A stretch of 64,000 bases of DNA from Aplysia californica (taxonomy: Eukaryota): NCBI RefSeq assembly GCF_000002075.1, contig NW_004797466.1, forward strand, positions 622,381 through 686,380. Direction: 5' to 3'. Shown piece by piece: positions 61,675 to 64,000 of this stretch (position 1 is the first letter of the stretch; each line of letters starts with the position of its first letter). A program made the translations under genes and the position numbers. Below the pieces are notes generated by a model. That model was given only the letters and a program-made list of their open reading frames with translations. It had not been told where the DNA came from and searched no databases.

Positions 61675-63066
61675 TTCTCACATACAAAATTTACTGGCAA
61701 AGGAAAGTGTTGAAAATGTGTTTCTTTGAACTCTTCTTAAATATTGTCACCTCTACAAAGTTAATTGATCATGGGACACAATTTGGTTATCAATAAACAA
61801 TGACAAGAAGCATGGATATTTAGTTTGCCTCCAACAACACCAATTGAAATAGAAGATTTACCCACATTTCCTATTACAACTTAAGTGAAAAAGTAAATGT
61901 TTGAATTTTTGAGTTTCATAAGAATCAGTCAAAAACACATGAAGGACATTAACTTGTTCACTTCATAGTTTACGCCAAAAGATACAGCAGTGATGCACTT
62001 TTATTTGACAGGATGAAAGGAAATATCTAAAATAGTGGCACGGATTTCATCAAATGATTTAGAAAAGACATGTGAAATTCAAATTGCAGATTATGCCTCG
62101 GAAGTTATGAGGAAAGTGGGAGCTAAGATATTGGTTTCAGAGAGAGAAAGCATCTACAGTGTGGTCAAAGATTTGTGGCGCAACTTATTGTTAAATATTT
62201 CCTAAACTATTGAACATAAACTTTCCAGCTTTTGCTCAATGACTTGTATCAATTTGTCTTAACATATTAACATTTTGATTAACACCTGTTAACTGTATTT
62301 AAGAAAATTCCTTAAAAAATACTAATAAAAAATTCCAGTGGGTGGGTTCTACAGATTTTTAAAGGTTTATAGATGGGGTAATATTGCCGTTAAAAGCAAG
62401 TCCGTAATTTTTTTTTCTAATTGCAACATTAAGCTTACTGAACGCATGATTTGAGAACCTTTAGTGATAAAGGATGTTCACTATTAAATTAATTTCTTGT
62501 AACAAGTTTTGCCACAAAAAAGTGTCTTTGGTAAGCTATGATGTAGGTCATATGAGTATGCAAAATGTGTGTGAGAATCGGGAAGTGCTGTGAATAATCC
62601 CATTTTTCATGTCACAGAGACTTGTAGTATTTTATATAAATTTATGAAGAAAAGTTTATAAAATCTAGCCTCAGTTGTTGGAAAATATGACTAAGCTCAA
62701 ACAAATTGATATAAACTGCTGGGCAAAGTATGGGCGACACTGACTCACCAGTTAAAGAGATATATTTGAAGATAAGTTGCACCACAAATTTTTTACTGCA
62801 CTCTAGACCTCCTCTGATGAGATGAGTCTAGGGAATGAACCATGTGGTACACATAGGTCAGTCTCGGCGTTACCACAAAACTCCTGAAATAATTAAACAC
62901 AACGCTAACAAGAATTCTGTTGCTTTACAAAGTGTTCACCTGCAGCAGCCATGGCCTCGGCCAGTTCGTCTTCATGCTCCGTCTCTTCCACTTTTTTCTT
63001 GCTGTCAAGTTTCACTGTTTTCAGTTCCCCAGTCACATCGTCTTTCGGGGACACCAGCTTAGACAA
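10583..63066 (-). CDS. CC2D2A: Coiled-coil and C2 domain-containing protein 2A (MKS6), 5'-partial; 40 exons traced, 1669 aa plus stop
   Basis: Exons encode hallmark CC2D2A segments: [52 protein letters not shown]2 domain ([11 protein letters not shown]), [17 protein letters not shown], and C-terminal [28 protein letters not shown]. All junction phases are compatible and total length (5010 nt) is divisible by 3. Confidence 0.95.
10835..10990 (-). mobile_element. Short retroposon family A copy
   Basis: Reverse complement of the 43431..43608 body and tail. Confidence 0.75.
11676..11751 (-). CDS. CC2D2A: CC2D2A exon
   Basis: cag|..[25 protein letters not shown]|gtagac. Confidence 0.88.
11850..12522 (+). 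mobile_element. Degenerate 3' ORF fragment of a HERO-like (R2 superfamily, RLE-type) non-LTR retrotransposon
   Basis: Frameshifted peptides [75 protein letters not shown] = zinc knuckle plus PD-(D/E)xK endonuclease. Confidence 0.82.
13473..13642 (-). CDS. CC2D2A: CC2D2A exon
   Basis: PSELHY...[25 protein letters not shown]; AG/GT ends. Confidence 0.92.
13815..14233. mobile_element. MITE family M (about 400 bp, imperfect TIRs ...AATCAGG[CT]GCTCGTCAA)
   Basis: Homologous in inverted orientation to 29643..30079 and 54867..55245, and to the SINE-split copy at about 1990..2860. Confidence 0.7.
14249..14600 (-). mobile_element. Short retroposon family B copy
   Basis: Homologous to 31750..32050, 52233..52570 and 56073..56370; shared 3' tail. 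Confidence 0.8.
14705..14827 (-). CDS. CC2D2A: CC2D2A exon
   Basis: [11 protein letters not shown]...GLASIQ; AG/GT ends. Confidence 0.92.
15382..15533 (-). CDS. CC2D2A: CC2D2A exon
   Basis: [13 protein letters not shown]...WNPRSGERF...[15 protein letters not shown]. Confidence 0.92.
16431..16527 (-). CDS. CC2D2A: CC2D2A exon (transglutaminase-like core)
   Basis: [33 protein letters not shown]. Confidence 0.93.
17072..17161 (-). CDS. CC2D2A: CC2D2A exon
   Basis: [30 protein letters not shown]. Confidence 0.92.
18320..18492 (+). mobile_element. Short retroposon family A copy
   Basis: Family A body and tail; flanking ACAGA[G/A]TCAGG direct repeat. Confidence 0.75.
18523..18720 (-). CDS. CC2D2A: CC2D2A exon
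   Basis: LATNEEEDL...[19 protein letters not shown]...AKAM. Confidence 0.9.
18960..19150. mobile_element. Tc1/pogo-like MITE family P copy
   Basis: Homologous to 27273..27453, 38228..38405 (inverted) and 57370..57462; ends AGAGCAGGTTC[AG]A. Confidence 0.6.
21750..21935 (-). CDS. CC2D2A: CC2D2A exon
   Basis: [16 protein letters not shown]...FITIEPSL...FKEK. Confidence 0.92.
22622..22720 (-). CDS. CC2D2A: CC2D2A exon
   Basis: [33 protein letters not shown]. Confidence 0.92.
22825..23160 (-). mobile_element. tRNA-derived CORE-like SINE with L2-type (TTA)n tail (family D)
   Basis: B box GGTTCGAATCC, GTTGTGTCCTTGGGAAAGGCACTTTAC core, GTAAAGCGC...GCGCTATACAAATG tail, then (TTA)n. Confidence 0.8.
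24235..24331 (-). CDS. CC2D2A: CC2D2A exon (C2 domain)
   Basis: [32 protein letters not shown]. Confidence 0.92.
24975..25084 (-). CDS. CC2D2A: CC2D2A exon (C2 domain)
   Basis: [36 protein letters not shown]. Confidence 0.92.
25734..25776 (-). CDS. CC2D2A: CC2D2A small exon
   Basis: ttttcag|[15 protein letters not shown]|gtaagt; needed for phase 2 to 0 continuity. Confidence 0.8.
26772..26939 (-). CDS. CC2D2A: CC2D2A exon
   Basis: [29 protein letters not shown]...[13 protein letters not shown]. Confidence 0.92.
27273..27453. mobile_element. Tc1/pogo-like MITE family P copy
   Basis: Ends ...TAGAGCAGGTTCGAGTG|TA; homologous to 18960..19150. Confidence 0.6.
28105..28196 (-). CDS. CC2D2A: CC2D2A exon
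   Basis: [30 protein letters not shown]. Confidence 0.9.
28721..28816 (-). CDS. CC2D2A: CC2D2A exon
   Basis: [32 protein letters not shown]. Confidence 0.88.
29643..30079. mobile_element. MITE family M copy
   Basis: GTGGAATCAGGCGCTCGTCAA ... TTGACGAGCACCTGATTTCAC inverted termini. Confidence 0.75.
30321..30524 (-). CDS. CC2D2A: CC2D2A exon
   Basis: [23 protein letters not shown]...RFRMIALRD...DIFK. Confidence 0.92.
31750..32050 (+). mobile_element. Short retroposon family B copy
   Basis: Reverse complement of 56073..56370. Confidence 0.78.
32241..32379 (-). CDS. CC2D2A: CC2D2A exon
   Basis: [15 protein letters not shown]...[19 protein letters not shown]. Confidence 0.92.
33099..33249 (-). 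CDS. CC2D2A: CC2D2A exon
   Basis: VAFKFEG...[24 protein letters not shown]. Confidence 0.9.
34215..34371 (-). CDS. CC2D2A: CC2D2A exon (copy A of a gap-flanking duplicate)
   Basis: [22 protein letters not shown]...EFSS...HEGVGSG. Confidence 0.8.
34846..35002 (-). CDS. CC2D2A: CC2D2A exon (copy B, identical to 34215..34371)
   Basis: Same sequence offset by 631 bp across the 100-N gap 34738..34837. Confidence 0.75.
36033..36117 (-). CDS. CC2D2A: CC2D2A exon
   Basis: [28 protein letters not shown]. Confidence 0.92.
37032..37124 (-). CDS. CC2D2A: CC2D2A exon
   Basis: [30 protein letters not shown]. Confidence 0.92.
38063..38129 (-). CDS. CC2D2A: CC2D2A exon
   Basis: [21 protein letters not shown]. 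Confidence 0.87.
39757..40053. mobile_element. MITE with about 28-bp TIRs
   Basis: CTGCCGTCTTATGACAAAAAAAACG ... CGTTTTTTTGTCATAAAACGGCAG, flanked by CATA on both sides. Confidence 0.75.
40333..40465 (-). CDS. CC2D2A: CC2D2A exon
   Basis: EENAKDQD...[29 protein letters not shown]. Confidence 0.9.
40780..40926 (-). CDS. CC2D2A: CC2D2A exon
   Basis: [18 protein letters not shown]...[10 protein letters not shown]; AG/GT ends, phase 0-0. Confidence 0.82.
41903..42059 (-). CDS. CC2D2A: CC2D2A exon (coiled coil)
   Basis: [19 protein letters not shown]...YEKQQQGK. Confidence 0.9.
43118..43258 (-). CDS. CC2D2A: CC2D2A exon
   Basis: [46 protein letters not shown]. Confidence 0.92.
43431..43608 (+). 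mobile_element. Short retroposon family A, best-preserved copy
   Basis: Ends GGCGCTCATATGACCTTATGCAGTTGCGAGCGCCGTAAAACCTCTACTAAAACT. Confidence 0.8.
44171..44238 (-). CDS. CC2D2A: CC2D2A exon
   Basis: [22 protein letters not shown]. Confidence 0.85.
44307..45773. mobile_element. Non-autonomous hAT DNA transposon with tandemly amplified right end
   Basis: TIR CAGGGTTGG...CCAACCCTG; 8-bp TSD CTCCCAGC at 44299..44306 and 45774..45781; subterminal GATTTAAATC motifs. Confidence 0.88.
44699..45773. repeat. Tandem array of four units of about 260-275 bp
   Basis: Units start near 44699, 44963, 45237 and 45496, each containing GAAAGCAGACTTTTAAGCATGAT. Confidence 0.9.
46535..46591 (-). CDS. CC2D2A: CC2D2A exon
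   Basis: [19 protein letters not shown]; tttcag| and |gtaatg. Confidence 0.85.
46615..46925 (-). mobile_element. SINE family D copy (partial copies also at 47495..47670 and 27865..27985)
   Basis: Colinear homology with 22825..23160. Confidence 0.75.
46970..47133 (-). mobile_element. Short retroposon family A copy (diverged)
   Basis: ...CACACCACATCAGAGTGCCTGCCAACC, reverse complement of the family A 5' end. Confidence 0.65.
47716..47925 (-). CDS. CC2D2A: CC2D2A exon with non-canonical GC donor
   Basis: [10 protein letters not shown]...YQLDVDI...[13 protein letters not shown]...FLLEK|GCGAGT. Confidence 0.88.
49497..49619 (-). CDS. CC2D2A: CC2D2A exon
   Basis: [26 protein letters not shown]...LETVFYK. 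Confidence 0.92.
50030..50110. repeat. (GA)n microsatellite
   Basis: Directly visible. Confidence 0.95.
50355..50503 (-). CDS. CC2D2A: CC2D2A exon
   Basis: [26 protein letters not shown]...NRMESRLLK. Confidence 0.92.
50805..51068. repeat. Degenerate (AAT)n simple repeat
   Basis: Directly visible; similar tract at 19490..19605. Confidence 0.85.
51261..51401 (-). CDS. CC2D2A: CC2D2A exon
   Basis: [10 protein letters not shown]...[12 protein letters not shown]. Confidence 0.87.
52233..52570 (-). mobile_element. Short retroposon family B copy
   Basis: Homologous to 14249..14600 along its full length. Confidence 0.8.
53022..53058 (-). CDS. CC2D2A: CC2D2A small exon
   Basis: atcag|[13 protein letters not shown]|gtaaat; supplies the required phase 0 to 1 shift. 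Confidence 0.78.
53404..53478. repeat. 26-bp minisatellite x3
   Basis: CACTAAAGTTAACTATGGATGAATGA repeated. Confidence 0.9.
54099..54266 (-). CDS. CC2D2A: CC2D2A exon
   Basis: [24 protein letters not shown]...EEAET. Confidence 0.87.
54625..54711 (-). CDS. CC2D2A: CC2D2A exon
   Basis: [29 protein letters not shown]; AG/GT ends. Confidence 0.8.
54867..55245. mobile_element. MITE family M copy
   Basis: Colinear with 29643..30079. Confidence 0.75.
56073..56370 (-). mobile_element. Short retroposon family B copy
   Basis: Homologous to 52233..52570. Confidence 0.8.
56616..56833. repeat. Tandem duplication of about 110 bp
   Basis: CAAAATAAAGGGCACTCAAAATCAGCA... occurs twice. Confidence 0.85.
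57968..58130 (-). mobile_element. Short retroposon family A copy
   Basis: AACCACACCAGAGCACCCACCAACC, reverse complement of the family A 5' end. Confidence 0.72.
58289..58300 (-). CDS. CC2D2A: Candidate 12-nt CC2D2A microexon (HERE)
   Basis: ctgtttttgtgtactttcag|CATGAAAGAGAG|gtaaca; phase 0-0 within a phase-0 intron. Confidence 0.35.
59007..59096 (-). CDS. CC2D2A: CC2D2A exon
   Basis: [30 protein letters not shown]|gtgagc. Confidence 0.8.
59558..59649 (-). CDS. CC2D2A: CC2D2A exon
   Basis: [30 protein letters not shown]|gtaagt. Confidence 0.82.
61310..61510 (-). CDS. CC2D2A: CC2D2A N-terminal acidic/Pro-rich exon
   Basis: [14 protein letters not shown]...[10 protein letters not shown]; phase 1-1. 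Confidence 0.8.
62940..63066 (-). CDS. CC2D2A: CC2D2A N-terminal exon (most 5' unique exon in window)
   Basis: ttccag|[43 protein letters not shown]|gtgaac. Confidence 0.75.
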
Positions 63067-63097
63067 CTGGAATTATAAGTCCCACTGAGAGTTACCT

Positions 63098-63245
63098 TTA
63101 GTTTTAGTAAGACTTTTAAGGTCATATAACTGCTGGAGATTAAAAATATTACTAGACAGTAACATTTGAATAAAAGGAGGACAGATAAGGACAATAGATG
63201 TTTGATAAGGAAGAAGGTGCAAACCACACCAGAGCACCCACCAAC
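63098..63245 (-). mobile_element. Short retroposon family A copy
   Basis: Family A body running up to the gap. Confidence 0.7.
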
Positions 63246-63345
63246 NNNNNNNNNNNNNNNNNNNNNNNNNNNNNNNNNNNNNNNNNNNNNNNNNNNNNNN
63301 NNNNNNNNNNNNNNNNNNNNNNNNNNNNNNNNNNNNNNNNNNNNN

Positions 63346-63539
63346 AGTACGCTCCAGTGTTGTCGGGGGCTCCTCTTCCTCCTTTGAGGGTTCTGGCGTC
63401 TTCGGAGGAGACAACGGTGCTGGAGGTGAGGCAGCCACTTCATCTTCCACTTTTTCTTCTATCTCTCTCTCTTCTCCTGGCGGCGACTCCACAATGCCCT
63501 CCTCCTCCCTAACCACTGGGGCTTCAGCAGCTGCAGCGC
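63346..63539 (-). CDS. CC2D2A: Duplicate (probable other haplotype) of exon 61310..61510, truncated by gap
   Basis: Near-identical, with M to I and A to T changes; 63346..64000 duplicates about 61317..61972. Confidence 0.55.
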
Positions 63540-64000
63540 CTGTTATATGAATTGGGAGACTGCACATTAATAAGAATACTAATGACGATTTATATATAGT
63601 GCCCATCCTTGTATATGCAGTACACTGACAGAATTATCACTCAACTAACAAACCATAGGACAGAAAACATGTGCGCACACACACATACACACACACACAC
63701 ACATTCTCACATACAAAATTTACTGGCAAAGGAAAGTGTTGAAAATGTGTTTCTTTGAACTCTTCTTAAATATTGTCACCTCTACAAAGTTAATTGATCA
63801 TCGGACACAATTTGGTTATCAATAAACAATGACAAGAAGCATGGATATTTAGTTTGCCTCCAACAACACCAATTGAAATAGAAGATTTGCCCACATTTCC
63901 TATTACAACTTAAGTAAAAAAGTAAAAGTTGGAATTTGAATTTCATAAGAATCAGTCAAAAACACATGAAGGACATTAACTTGTTCACTTCATAGTTTAC

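Noticed and set aside
62800-62890. Hammerhead ribozyme suggested by CTGATGA within a hairpin
   Set aside because: No stem II followed by GAAA and no stem III in the required geometry.

Overview
Eukaryotic (invertebrate, probably mollusc-like; the taxon is my inference) draft-scaffold window with two convergent intron-rich genes. On the + strand is a complete 4-exon PSMG3/PAC3 proteasome assembly chaperone gene (36..4526, 128 aa). On the - strand is a 5'-incomplete CC2D2A/MKS6 ciliary transition-zone gene. I traced 40 phase-compatible exons from 63066 to the stop at 10583 (5010 nt, 1669 aa plus stop), including one GC-AG intron and a candidate extra 12-nt microexon. Four exactly-100-N gaps are each flanked by near-identical duplicated sequence (second PSMG3 3' half, two duplicated CC2D2A exons, one SINE piece), best explained as unmerged haplotype overlaps. 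Introns hold many mobile elements: a 193-bp foldback MITE with 8-bp TSD and a telomeric (TTAGGG)n core, a non-autonomous hAT element whose right end is tandemly amplified, a HERO-like RLE retrotransposon relic, several SINE families (three sharing one 3' stem-loop tail), and nested SINE-in-MITE insertions. Most ORFs in the supplied track are intronic or repeat-derived noise.
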